A DNA stretch of 64,000 nucleotides, taken from Patescibacteria group bacterium UBA924 (GTDB lineage: Bacteria > Patescibacteriota > Microgenomatia > UBA1400 > PJMF01). Positions 8,418-18,278 of the stretch are shown here, piece after piece; the first letter of the stretch is position 1, and each line of letters opens with the position of its first letter. A program made the translations under genes and the position numbers. The stretch covers positions 11,792 through 75,791 of the forward strand of contig DBDU01000019.1 of the NCBI GenBank assembly GCA_002293725.1, written 5' to 3'. Under the pieces are notes generated by a model. It worked only from the letters and a program-made list of their open reading frames with translations. It was not told the origin of the DNA and did not search any database.

Positions 8418-9782
8418 TTAAAAATCTTGATTTGCCAGCTGCTCGATCCAAGAACGATACTGTGCAGACTTATCTTCATAGTCCTTAAATTGACCAAAGC
8501 TTGGAGACGAGGGCGACAGTAAGACTACTCCGTTTTCGGGCGCATGTTGATAGGCAAAACGGACGGCTTCTTCCATTGACTCGACCAGCTGCATTTTTGG
8601 CCAGCTACTTTCTGGATACTGAGCTCGAATACCATCAAAAATGAGTTGGCCCGATGGCTTGAAAAAGGCAACGGCCGCAATTTTTTTGGTTTGGATAGCG
8701 TCAATGATCTTTTGATAAGAAATGCCGCGATCAAAGCCACCTACCATTAAGACGTCAACTTTAGGAAGAGAGTCTAAAGCGGCGATGGTCGCTTCTGGAA
8801 TAGTAGCCAGAGTGTCGTCAATCCACGTTACTGCTCCAAACTGACCAACCGTTTCGAGACGATGTGGTAGCGTACGGAACTCTTTCAGTGCGTCGACCAT
8901 TTGATCAGCACTGAGATCTAACTCTAGGCTGGTAACGAGCAGCGCTGGCAAGATGTTCCATTTTTTGATGGTGGACGGAAGATCAAGTTGATTCAACATC
9001 GTCATGACTTGCTGGACAACTTCGGGATACTGAAGTTGAGCTTGATAAGAAAAAGGCAATTTCCGGGCTGGACTGTTTCGAGCGGCGAGTGACAGCTCAG
9101 CTGAGTCTTGATTGTAGATAACTGTGTCATTACTGTTTTGGAAGCGAGTAATCTTGGCTTTAGCGAGGAGATAGTTTTCTAGAGTTCGGTGGTAGTTTAA
9201 GTGCTCAGGAAAAAGATTGAGCAGCACTGCCAGGTGAGGGCTCGTCTGGACTGTTTCTAGCTGATAGCTCGACATCTCAATGACAATAGTTGTCGTTGGA
9301 GTTAGCTCACTGGCAACTTCAAAAACTGGTTTGCCAATGTTGCCAGCTAATAAAACTTCCTTACCTGCGGTAGCGTATAAATGAGCAATCAGACTAGCAG
9401 TGGTACTCTTCCCTTTTGTGCCGGTAATTCCAATTACTTGATCTCGATACACGCTTAAGAACTCTGCCAATTGGGAAGTAACTACTCCACCACTGGCCAG
9501 ATACTCTTGAAGTTCTGGGATGTGAATCGGAACGCCAGGGGTCTTAAAGATAACATCAAACTGTTGCAAGTCTTGGAGATAGGGACCGATACGTAGTTCA
9601 ATGTTTGTTTCCTGCATCCATGCGTGCAGGACATCTTGATTGCCATCGCTAACAAATAACTCAGCTGTGGGACATGCTTTGGTCAGTAAGGTATGGGTAG
9701 TTTGGCCTTCTCTCGCCCAGCCCAAAACTAAGATACGTTTTCCGTCATAGCGTTCAGCAAGATGGGTGGCCAATCTGTTCAT
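8418..9782 (-). CDS. murD: Mur ligase MurD, MurD2-type (probably adds L-Glu)
   Basis: LGWAREG, TGTKGKSTT, GNIG, EMSSYQL, LNLFPEHL, LLSP..PSFG; overlaps the murL stop. Confidence 0.88.
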   Translation of the reverse strand: MNRLATHLAERYDGKRILVLGWAREGQTTHTLLTKACPTAELFVSDGNQDVLHAWMQETNIELRIGPYLQDLQQFDVIFKTPGVPIHIPELQEYLASGGVVTSQLAEFLSVYRDQVIGITGTKGKSTTASLIAHLYATAGKEVLLAGNIGKPVFEVASELTPTTTIVIEMSSYQLETVQTSPHLAVLLNLFPEHLNYHRTLENYLLAKAKITRFQNSNDTVIYNQDSAELSLAARNSPARKLPFSYQAQLQYPEVVQQVMTMLNQLDLPSTIKKWNILPALLVTSLELDLSADQMVDALKEFRTLPHRLETVGQFGAVTWIDDTLATIPEATIAALDSLPKVDVLMVGGFDRGISYQKIIDAIQTKKIAAVAFFKPSGQLIFDGIRAQYPESSWPKMQLVESMEEAVRFAYQHAPENGVVLLSPSSPSFGQFKDYEDKSAQYRSWIEQLANQDF

Positions 9783-11188
9783 AGCTTCCTTTGGGCGGCA
9801 ATGGCGTCTTTTAAGCTTGGCACAAACTCGGAGGGAATAAAATGGTGTTCTACAAAGCGAACGAGCAGTTCGCGAGCTTCGCTGAGCGCAGCCTCTTTGG
9901 TTTTGCCACTATCAAGAATTTTTTGCCATCCGTACTGAATCAACTCTGGAAGCGGTTGAAGTTGGTTGGCCGCCAGTGCCAAGGCAGCACGAGTCTCGTC
10001 GCGTGTACCTACGCACTCCAGCGACTTTACGTCAGTAAACCCAGCCAGTTGATCTAAAAGATCTCGCAACTCTTGGTTATTGAGAATGTCTTTCTTAAAG
10101 ATACTATCTAGCTCTGTTTCGGTTAAAAATCCGGCCAATAAAACTGCTACAAATAAGCACTTCGGGCACTCACCGCACCAAGTGCCTGTCTTCTGTCCTC
10201 TGTTGCAACTTAAGAAAACGAGCCAGTACTGTTTGAACTGAGTGAACAGTGAGGCAATCTGGAGTTCATGAAGTGGCCTAAGATAGCTAAAGTACTCAAT
10301 TGTTTTGGATAAGTACTGCTGTTGGTACGAACGAAACTGTTCTTCAAACTCTACCGTTTTGGAGTATTGATGGTTAATAGACTGACCAAGAAAAACAGTG
10401 TTGCCTTCGTTGGCGCTCCATTCGTTGGATACGGGAAAGAAAGCGTAGTCATATACATACGCTGCGAACGTGCCTAAGAAAGCAGCCATTGCGTTAAATG
10501 GGGTGTGACCGTTGAGGTATCCTTGGGCATTGAGGTCAAGGATTTGAGGATCGAGCTGACGCTGCACCGTAATATGACTTTTTTGATTGGGCTGAGTTTG
10601 CCAGAACGTTTCCACTACTCGCTGTTGTTGAGGATACTCATTGATCGTAAAAGTAGTCATTGGCGTCTGAGTTTGTCGTAGTAACTCACTACTGACGACT
10701 GAGTCTTTGCCTCCACCAACCGGAAATAAAATACGATGCTGATGAACAGCCTGATCGATTTCGGGATGAAGTTGGTCCGCGTCTTCAACTTCAGTCTGAA
10801 AGGTCACGAAGTTATCTTCCCAACCATTGATTTGATGGATATAGAAGAACTCACTCATGCCTTTGTGTAATAGGTTCAACCAAAACGGAAACTGTTCAGC
10901 ATAGATGCCAGGAACCTTAATGACCCACTCTGGACTGCACGCCGCTTTCCAGTAAGAAAGTCCTTCTACCATTCCAAGCTGAGCAGCCCAGACTTTAAGA
11001 AGTGTTTGATCTTTTGTGGCCAGGGATTCTGCGGTCAATTGAGGAAAGAGGTACCTGCTCTCAAATGCGGGACCAGCTTCAAAGTGGTAGTGCAACCTGA
11101 CAATCAGGTGATCTGACTGTTGATCGAGCACAGCTTGATCAAAGTAAAACCGAGGGTGTTTGAGACGAAGATCATCAAGACTTAGCAT
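9779..11188 (-). CDS. murL: MurL-like UDP-MurNAc-L-Ala-L-Glu epimerase
   Basis: SYWKA, PP-loop GGGKDS, NGHTP, NHQYSK, SCN...WCGECPKC, ECVG; lies between mraY and murD. Confidence 0.85.
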   Translation of the reverse strand: MLSLDDLRLKHPRFYFDQAVLDQQSDHLIVRLHYHFEAGPAFESRYLFPQLTAESLATKDQTLLKVWAAQLGMVEGLSYWKAACSPEWVIKVPGIYAEQFPFWLNLLHKGMSEFFYIHQINGWEDNFVTFQTEVEDADQLHPEIDQAVHQHRILFPVGGGKDSVVSSELLRQTQTPMTTFTINEYPQQQRVVETFWQTQPNQKSHITVQRQLDPQILDLNAQGYLNGHTPFNAMAAFLGTFAAYVYDYAFFPVSNEWSANEGNTVFLGQSINHQYSKTVEFEEQFRSYQQQYLSKTIEYFSYLRPLHELQIASLFTQFKQYWLVFLSCNRGQKTGTWCGECPKCLFVAVLLAGFLTETELDSIFKKDILNNQELRDLLDQLAGFTDVKSLECVGTRDETRAALALAANQLQPLPELIQYGWQKILDSGKTKEAALSEARELLVRFVEHHFIPSEFVPSLKDAIAAQRKL

Positions 11189-11195
11189 GCCAGCA

Positions 11196-12236
11196 TCATA
11201 ACATCGCCAGCCATACTCCGAACAAGGTCAACATGATTTGAACGATCCATGCTCGTTGAACAATTTTGGGCTCTTCCCAACCGTGATACTGCAGCCAAAG
11301 ATGGAAAGGTGAGACCTTGAAGATCTTTTTATGACGGAGTCTTTTAGAGAGGAGCTGTGCACTGGAAGTGAAGATTTCGAAGACGAAAATAAAGCCGATT
11401 ACTACCAAGGCAATTACTTTACCTAGTAGTAGACCTACCACAGCTAAAGTAGCACCAAAAGCGAGCGCGCCCACGTCTCCCATAAAAAGGCGTGCAGGAA
11501 AGATATTAAAGTATAAGAATGAGATCAAGGAACCCAACCAGAGTGCCAACAACATCGAGAGCGGAATGTCTAAGATCTGTGAAGACAAGAACCATAGGCC
11601 AAACAAGGAAATCATTAACACACCGGCAGCCAGCCCATCAAGACCATCGGTAATGTTGACGGCGTTGGTAAAAGCGACGATCACAAAAATGGCAAAAGGA
11701 ATGTATGCCCAGCCAAGCTGGAAGGTCCCCACAAACGGAATGTTAATGAAGGAGATGCCTAACTGGAAGTGCAACATGCAAGCAATAACGGTTGCTAACA
11801 AGATTTGTAAGACAAACTTGTGCTTCATCCGCAAACCAAAAAACTGTTCTTTCTTGAACTGAAAGAACTTTTTAACGTCGTCATACAATCCGAGCAAGCC
11901 AAAGGATAAAAAGGTAAAGAACAAGATATTAATCTCGGTGGGAATGTCATAGACACCAGTGACCGCAATTCCCATGTACTTCACTACCGGAAAGATAAAG
12001 GCAAATAAAACGGTTACTACTAAGATGATCAGTAGTCCTCCACCAACTGGAACACCAGCTTTGACATTATGGAACTGATCAAAGATAGGCGTGTGCTCAC
12101 CAAAAGCATCAATAGTTTTTTGCTTGGCGCGACGAAAACGCATCGCATAGAGCATGTTGATGAAAGGCACGATTAAAATGCTGGTCACCACAAAGGAGAA
12201 AATAAGAAGACCAAGGATAAAAACGAGTGACTGCAT
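11196..12236 (-). CDS. mraY: Phospho-MurNAc-pentapeptide translocase MraY
   Basis: LYDD, NAVNITDGLDGL, FMGDVG, PFH; multi-TM. Confidence 0.96.
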   Translation of the reverse strand: MQSLVFILGLLIFSFVVTSILIVPFINMLYAMRFRRAKQKTIDAFGEHTPIFDQFHNVKAGVPVGGGLLIILVVTVLFAFIFPVVKYMGIAVTGVYDIPTEINILFFTFLSFGLLGLYDDVKKFFQFKKEQFFGLRMKHKFVLQILLATVIACMLHFQLGISFINIPFVGTFQLGWAYIPFAIFVIVAFTNAVNITDGLDGLAAGVLMISLFGLWFLSSQILDIPLSMLLALWLGSLISFLYFNIFPARLFMGDVGALAFGATLAVVGLLLGKVIALVVIGFIFVFEIFTSSAQLLSKRLRHKKIFKVSPFHLWLQYHGWEEPKIVQRAWIVQIMLTLFGVWLAML

Positions 12237-12238
12237 AG

Positions 12239-13558
12239 TTACTGTCTTCTAATGGTAGCACCAAGTGCCTGAAAAACCTCTTCCAAACGTTCATAACCGC
12301 GATCAATGTGCTCGGCACTGTCATGTAAGGTGGTAGTGCCCTCAGCAATTAAGCCGGCGATCATTAACGTTGCGCCATGACGTAAATCTTTAACCGTGAA
12401 CTCACCACCTTTGAGTGGGGTTGGTCCAGTAATCTTGGCCGCGTGTTTATTCTCTGGTTTATCAACATCAAGGTTAAAGTTATACACTTGATCCGGATTT
12501 GCAACTTCGGGATTATACAACTCAATCTTTGCTCCCATGGCATTAAGTGAGTCTACATACTGAAAGCGGTTCTCAGAAACGGTCTCATGTAAGATGCTCG
12601 TCCCACGAGCCTGAGTCATCATCGTTACCCATAAGGGTTGCCAGTCAGTTTTAAAACCTGGATGAATACCAGTAGTAACGTCAGTTGCAGTAAGCTCACC
12701 CTTGTAGAAAAAGCGAACTCCGTAGTTACCAACTTCATAGCCTGCTCCAGCATCATCCAACTTAGCTAAGAACACTTCCAGATCTTTGGCGTCGGCATTC
12801 TCGACGATTACGTCGCCTTTGGTTGCCAGTGCTGCACAGGCAAATGAGACAACCTGGTTGTGATCAGGCATGATTTTATGAATAGCCCCTGATAACTTTG
12901 GGACGCCAATAATCTCAATCACACGATTGGGTTTACGTGTAATCTTGGCTCCCATGCTATTCAGAAACTTAATTAAGTCGTCGATCTCAGTTTCTAAGGC
13001 AGAGTTTTCCAAGATCGTAGTCCCTTTTGCCTTCACTGCTGCCATGATTAATGTCTCGGTTCCAGTATGAGTGCTTTTCTGAAACTTATACGTCGCTCCG
13101 GTCAGCTCTTTAGCCGTGACAATGATCTTGTTATCTTTGACTTCGACTTGTGCACCTAGTGCAATTAAGCCATCAAAGTGACGATCCAGAGGTCGAGCTC
13201 CAATCTTGTCTCCGCCCGGGAAAGGAACTACGGCTCGGCCAAACTTCGCCAACAACGCTGGGATAAACATCGTAGAGGCACGTGAGGCTTCACCAGAAGA
13301 TGGATCGATCTCGTCGAGTTTCAAGCTGGTGGGGTCAATCATGAACGTCCGCTCACCAACCTGCATTGCTTTGGCACCCAGAGAGTTGATTAATGAAGCC
13401 ACTAAGTAAACATCGCTGATGTGACTGAAGTTTAAGATGCGTGATGGTGTATCGGCTAGTAACGCTGCTAACATTAGCTTGTACGACGCGTTCTTCGCTC
13501 CACCCACTCTTACGCTGCCGTATAGTGGTTTACCACCATGAATGACAAAGTTTGACAT
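12239..13558 (-). CDS. murA: UDP-GlcNAc enolpyruvyl transferase MurA (Asp-type)
   Basis: GAKNA, PGGDKIGARP, PGFKTD, ENRF, IDRGYE. Confidence 0.97.
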   Translation of the reverse strand: MSNFVIHGGKPLYGSVRVGGAKNASYKLMLAALLADTPSRILNFSHISDVYLVASLINSLGAKAMQVGERTFMIDPTSLKLDEIDPSSGEASRASTMFIPALLAKFGRAVVPFPGGDKIGARPLDRHFDGLIALGAQVEVKDNKIIVTAKELTGATYKFQKSTHTGTETLIMAAVKAKGTTILENSALETEIDDLIKFLNSMGAKITRKPNRVIEIIGVPKLSGAIHKIMPDHNQVVSFACAALATKGDVIVENADAKDLEVFLAKLDDAGAGYEVGNYGVRFFYKGELTATDVTTGIHPGFKTDWQPLWVTMMTQARGTSILHETVSENRFQYVDSLNAMGAKIELYNPEVANPDQVYNFNLDVDKPENKHAAKITGPTPLKGGEFTVKDLRHGATLMIAGLIAEGTTTLHDSAEHIDRGYERLEEVFQALGATIRRQ

Positions 13559-13561
13559 AGA

Positions 13562-14533
13562 TTATTCGAGGAAAAATACCTCTTCCTGGAGTTCAACTCC
13601 AAACTCTTCGTGTACACGTTTTTTAACAATTTTGGCGAGTTCTAGAACTTGTTCACTCGTTCCTTGTCCTTTGTTAACAAAAAAGGCAGCGTGTTTCTGG
13701 CTGACTTCAATATCACCCACACGGGTGCCTTTCAGGCCTGCTTGATCGATTAAGAAGGCAGAGGGACACTCGCGTCGTTCGGCATACTGTGCAAAACGCG
13801 CTTTGAGTAGAGGTGTATTGGATGAGTTACGGAAGTAACACCCTGAGCTAGGTTCTCCTAACGGCTGGGTCTTTGCTCGATAAAGAGTGGCTTCTTTGAC
13901 TAACTCCATTGATTTTTCTTTATTGCCAGGAAAGAGTGCAAACTCGGCTTGCAAGATAATGTCATCGGTTGAGTGAAATACAGAGCTATCGTAAGCGAAC
14001 TGGCACTCTTCTTGTGTTAGCCACTTTACTTCACCTGCTCTCGTAACGACTTCAACTCGGTGGACGTGCTTCCCAATCAGGTCAGAAAGATAGTGGGCAT
14101 TGTTATAAATAGCACCGCCTACTCTACCAGGTACTCCTAAAAAGTACTCTAGACCGCCTAAGCCATCATCAATTGTCTGCCGGACAAATAAGCCTGTTTT
14201 GTATCCTGCACCAACAACTACGAGACGCTGATCACCAATTTTATCTGGTAAAAGCTGATACTCTTCATTGGCAGTTCTGATGACTACCCCTTCGATTCCA
14301 TCGCTGGAAATAACAACGTTGCTCGCTCCCGACAGAACAGTCAGTTTAAGCTTCTGCTTGTGACAGAACTGAACCACTTCAATAATCTCTTCTCTGCCTG
14401 TCAAATCTAAGAAAACTTCGGCTGGACCGCCAATTTTGAAGTAGGTCAACGGGGCTAACGGGTAGTCAAACTCAGGTTTTAACTTAGCTAAGTGCTCTGC
14501 CACTACTGTTTGTGTCTTGGTCAGTTGCTGCAT
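13562..14533 (-). CDS. murB: UDP-N-acetylenolpyruvoylglucosamine reductase MurB
   Basis: TYFKIGGPA, GVPGRVGGA..NA, SSGCYFRN, HAAFFVN, LQEEV. Confidence 0.96.
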   Translation of the reverse strand: MQQLTKTQTVVAEHLAKLKPEFDYPLAPLTYFKIGGPAEVFLDLTGREEIIEVVQFCHKQKLKLTVLSGASNVVISSDGIEGVVIRTANEEYQLLPDKIGDQRLVVVGAGYKTGLFVRQTIDDGLGGLEYFLGVPGRVGGAIYNNAHYLSDLIGKHVHRVEVVTRAGEVKWLTQEECQFAYDSSVFHSTDDIILQAEFALFPGNKEKSMELVKEATLYRAKTQPLGEPSSGCYFRNSSNTPLLKARFAQYAERRECPSAFLIDQAGLKGTRVGDIEVSQKHAAFFVNKGQGTSEQVLELAKIVKKRVHEEFGVELQEEVFFLE

Positions 14534-14535
14534 GA

Positions 14536-16014
14536 TTATGCCTGAATAAGGTCATGTACTTGATAAATATCGCCGGCGCCGATTGTCAGACAAACATCAC
14601 CTGGCCTGAGCTGAGTTTTACAGAACTCTGCCAATTTCTCAAGGGTCTGATAGTTGTGAGTCGTAATCGTTGGATACTTGGTGGCAATTGCCTGGCAGAG
14701 TTGATCACTGGTTACGCTTGGGTCAAATGCTTCGCGGGCAGAAGGGAAGATGTCTATCATGACGACTTCATTTGCTTCGGCAAAAGCATCAATAAACTCA
14801 GTGAAAAACTGTTTGGTGCGCGTAAAGGTGTGCGATTGGAAGGCAACCACTAACTTTCGATCAGGAAACCACTCACGGTAGGCGTGAATAACGCTGTGTA
14901 CTTCGTGAGGGTGATGTGCATAGTCATCATAGTAACGAACGCCATTTTTCTCGCCAATAAACTGACTTCGCCGTAGTGTTGATTGAAAGCTGGCTAAAGC
15001 TGCCACCGCTTTGGGCACGTCGACGCCTAGCGCCCAACATGCGGCAACAGCAGCAGCGGCATTACGCAGGTTGTACATGCCAGGAAGCTGGAGTTGGAGT
15101 CGTTGAGTAAATTGAAGGTGATTGGCGACTAACACACAGCTGGTTTGACCGTTCTGTGCCCAAAAAGTATCGCTGTCTAAGATAAAGCTTGGATGACTAG
15201 CAGGATCCTCGCTGAGATCGGCGCCGGCCGCGGTTTCTCCGAACCAAACTAACTGTCGTTCTTGTGACTCCGACCAATATGGTAGTGATTCAAGAGTAGA
15301 TTGATCAGCGATATTCGCAATTAATGTTCCTCGGGTCTGAACTTGATCGAAGAACTTAGCAAACTGCTTTTTTGTTTGGTCGAAATCTTTGTATACATCA
15401 GGATGATCATGACGAAGGTTGGTACAGACAGTCACAAACGGACGCATAAACGAAAAGCGGGGTGTAATTTCTTCGCCGCGGCTAGGTGCGCTCGGGTCGG
15501 TTACGTACTCATCCGCTTCGGCAATGAAGAACTCTGCTTGCTGATGCCACTGTCCCGTTTTCTCTAAGCCAGGAATGTCTCCAACCCCGATGGCGAAGTT
15601 TGGGTGGTAGCCAAGCTTTTCTAAGATCCAAGTGATCATGGCAGAGGTAGTCGACTTCCCGCCTACCCCACAGACTGCCACGCCCTTGTTGTCGTTAAAG
15701 AGATCTGCAACGGCTTCGGCATGAGTAAAAGTTGGAAGGTTCTGGGCGCTGGCCGCCTTAACTTGCGGATTATCCTGTGAGTTGTGGGCAGCGGTGTAAA
15801 TCACGCACTCGGTTTCGGCAGGTAAAGCTGTGTCAAACGACGAGTCGATCACGATCTGGCGTTGATCTAGCAGTTTCTGGGTTACAAACTCTTCAGCAAC
15901 ATCCGAGCCGCGCACAGACTTGCCAGCGTCCAACAAGCACTGAGCTAGGGCGGTCATGGCCACACCTTTAATTCCTACCAGATAGAAGTTTTGAAACGCT
16001 AGTAAACGAGACAT
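14536..16014 (-). CDS. murC: UDP-MurNAc--L-alanine ligase MurC
   Basis: GIKGVAM, GSD, GKSTT, EADE, DHPD, DDYAHHP, GAGD. Confidence 0.96.
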   Translation of the reverse strand: MSRLLAFQNFYLVGIKGVAMTALAQCLLDAGKSVRGSDVAEEFVTQKLLDQRQIVIDSSFDTALPAETECVIYTAAHNSQDNPQVKAASAQNLPTFTHAEAVADLFNDNKGVAVCGVGGKSTTSAMITWILEKLGYHPNFAIGVGDIPGLEKTGQWHQQAEFFIAEADEYVTDPSAPSRGEEITPRFSFMRPFVTVCTNLRHDHPDVYKDFDQTKKQFAKFFDQVQTRGTLIANIADQSTLESLPYWSESQERQLVWFGETAAGADLSEDPASHPSFILDSDTFWAQNGQTSCVLVANHLQFTQRLQLQLPGMYNLRNAAAAVAACWALGVDVPKAVAALASFQSTLRRSQFIGEKNGVRYYDDYAHHPHEVHSVIHAYREWFPDRKLVVAFQSHTFTRTKQFFTEFIDAFAEANEVVMIDIFPSAREAFDPSVTSDQLCQAIATKYPTITTHNYQTLEKLAEFCKTQLRPGDVCLTIGAGDIYQVHDLIQA

Positions 16015-16018
16015 GATC

Positions 16019-16996
16019 TTACTGTAACAGTTTGCTGAGAACTTGGCGAACTTTATTCACATCATGGCGTAACAAAGATCGATGAACGGTATCAACGGCT
16101 GTTTTTTTACTGAGCTCTTCAGAAATTAAGTCTGCGCGAATCACGCTAGCATCTTCACCCAGATCATCTTTGACAGGAAACTCGTGGTGAGCTCCATAAA
16201 GCTCAAGAACCGTCTCGGGAATGTGGCCGTTGTTCACGACGGCGTAGTCAACTTTCCGACCAATCGCAGTCTCAATTCCTTCCACATGTTGACGAGCAGT
16301 CATGTCATGGGTCTGTGTGAGCCGGGTCATGAGGTTGACCATACACACTACTTTTGCTTTCGACTCTTGAAATGCTTCTTTAGTGCCTTCTGGCAGCAGG
16401 GCTGCGAGTAAGCTGGCATAGTAATCACCAGGACCAATCACAACTAGCTTTGCTGCTTGGATGGCGGTAGCTGCTTTTGGGTTAATAGTAGCTTGGGGAA
16501 TCAGCTGCACACTCTCAATTGGACGTGGAGTAGTAATATCTTCATCTAAAGTATGTTCGCCGACAATGACTTCACCATCTTTATAGTGAATCTCTAGTTG
16601 AACATTATCTGAAGTAGCAGGAACGACCTCACCGTGAAGTCGGAAGACCTTTTCGGCTATCTCCAACGCACGAGTTGTATCGCCAGTCATATCTTGTAAG
16701 GCGGTCAAAATCAGGTTGCCTAAGTTGTGACCTTTGAGTCCATTCCCTTTCTCAAAGCGGTAAAGCAAAATCTTGCGAATCCACTCTTCACCATCCGCTT
16801 GAGCCAGCGCAGCCAACGCTTGTCGTAGATCGCCTACTGGCTGAAAACCAAACTCATCACGGATTCGGCCGGTTGAACCACCGGAGTCTGAAACGGCAAT
16901 GATGCTGGTTAAGCTGACAGCCTGTTTTTTGAGGGCAGAGATAACTGGGAAAGTGCCAGTGCCGCCACCGATCACCACAACTGAGGTATCAACCAT
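16019..16996 (-). CDS. yvcK: YvcK/GlmR (UPF0052, CofD-like) family protein
   Basis: IGGGTG, DSGGSTG..R, GDLR, GHNLGNL, GPG, LRHD; SD AGGAG. Confidence 0.92.
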   Translation of the reverse strand: MVDTSVVVIGGGTGTFPVISALKKQAVSLTSIIAVSDSGGSTGRIRDEFGFQPVGDLRQALAALAQADGEEWIRKILLYRFEKGNGLKGHNLGNLILTALQDMTGDTTRALEIAEKVFRLHGEVVPATSDNVQLEIHYKDGEVIVGEHTLDEDITTPRPIESVQLIPQATINPKAATAIQAAKLVVIGPGDYYASLLAALLPEGTKEAFQESKAKVVCMVNLMTRLTQTHDMTARQHVEGIETAIGRKVDYAVVNNGHIPETVLELYGAHHEFPVKDDLGEDASVIRADLISEELSKKTAVDTVHRSLLRHDVNKVRQVLSKLLQ

Positions 16997-16999
16997 GAC

Positions 17000-18247
17000 T
17001 TACTCCTTTTTTGGATCTAACGCTAGCAGTGCCTCTTGTGCCGCAGTGAGGTCACTCCAAGGATACTCTACCTTACCATAACTCATACTCTTTTCATGTC
17101 CTTTTCCGAAAATTCCGACGACGTCACCTGACTTAGCGTACTTTTGAATGGCAAAGTCGATTGCTTCCTGGCGGTCAGCAATGGAAGCCACTTTCTGGTG
17201 GTTCTTACCCAAGTTAGACTTCATTTGGCGAATGATTGACCAAACATCTTCTGTTCGCGGATCTTCGGCCGTGAAGATGGCAAAGTCAGCAAGCTCGGCT
17301 CCGATTCTTCCCATCATCGGTCTTTTCTGGACGTCACGTAAGCCGGCACAACCGAAAACAGCAATCAATCTTCCTTTGGACTTTTCCTGTTTCATTTTCT
17401 TTCGAACTGCCGTCAAAGCAGACTCTAACGCATTTGGTGTATGCGCAAAATCGATGATCACTTGAATGTTCTTTACTTTACCAACATGCTGCATTCTTCC
17501 TGGGACTCCGGGAAACTCTTTGAGCCCCTTGGCAAAGTCTTGGTCACTGACCTGGAGCTGCTTAGCAATGGTATAGACCAGTCGGGCATTCATCTGGTTA
17601 TAGAGTTGAGGGAAACGATCTTGAATAGCTTTCGAAACGCTAGTGGGAAGACGTTCAGAACGTGAGTAGCTGAGGATGTCGTCTTCTCTGCCGCTAAGCT
17701 GTTTTTTCAACTCGCGGAAAGAGTTACTGTCATCTGCATTTAAGACAATTTTCTCCGCTCTTTTGGCTAGCAAGGCTTTAGCAGCGACGTACTCTTGATA
17801 GGTCACGTGATAGTCCAAGTGTTCGTGAGTGATGTTCGTATAGCCAGCAATCTTTGGATACACTCCCCATAAGCGGTGTTGATATAACCCGTGTGAGGTA
17901 GTTTCTAAGACAACGTACTCGATGCCTAGCTCAGCCATCTTGGCTAAAAAACGCTGTACGTCACCTGCATCAGGAGTGGTGACGTGGAAGCCGGTATCAA
18001 TCTCCTCGTCACCAATGTAGGCCGCGACGGTAGTCACTAACGCAACCTTTTTGCCGGCCGCTTTCAGAATGTAGTACAACAGCGTTGACGAGCTGGTTTT
18101 GCCGTCGGTACCGGTAATAGCGATAATCTTTAACTTGCGCGCAGGAAAACCGTACTGGAGCTCTGCGAGAAATCCGCGGAGGAGGCCAGTTTTAATCAAG
18201 TGGAAGAAACGCTTGATTTTATAAAGAAGAAGCTTCGTCATCTGCAT
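17000..18247 (-). CDS. murE: MurE-family ligase, short form (start 18247 or 18241)
   Basis: TGTDGKT, HVTTP, ETTSHG, EHLDYH, PGRM, DFAHTP, GCAGLRD..KR, EDPR, GKGHE. Confidence 0.93.
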   Translation of the reverse strand: MQMTKLLLYKIKRFFHLIKTGLLRGFLAELQYGFPARKLKIIAITGTDGKTSSSTLLYYILKAAGKKVALVTTVAAYIGDEEIDTGFHVTTPDAGDVQRFLAKMAELGIEYVVLETTSHGLYQHRLWGVYPKIAGYTNITHEHLDYHVTYQEYVAAKALLAKRAEKIVLNADDSNSFRELKKQLSGREDDILSYSRSERLPTSVSKAIQDRFPQLYNQMNARLVYTIAKQLQVSDQDFAKGLKEFPGVPGRMQHVGKVKNIQVIIDFAHTPNALESALTAVRKKMKQEKSKGRLIAVFGCAGLRDVQKRPMMGRIGAELADFAIFTAEDPRTEDVWSIIRQMKSNLGKNHQKVASIADRQEAIDFAIQKYAKSGDVVGIFGKGHEKSMSYGKVEYPWSDLTAAQEALLALDPKKE

Positions 18248-18278
18248 AATTCTAATCGTTTCTCTCTGGCATTATAAC

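Noticed and set aside
9779-11188. QueC or tRNA-modifying PP-loop enzyme
   Set aside because: Length, the SYWKA/NGH.P/NHQYSK motifs and coupling to murD fit MurL better
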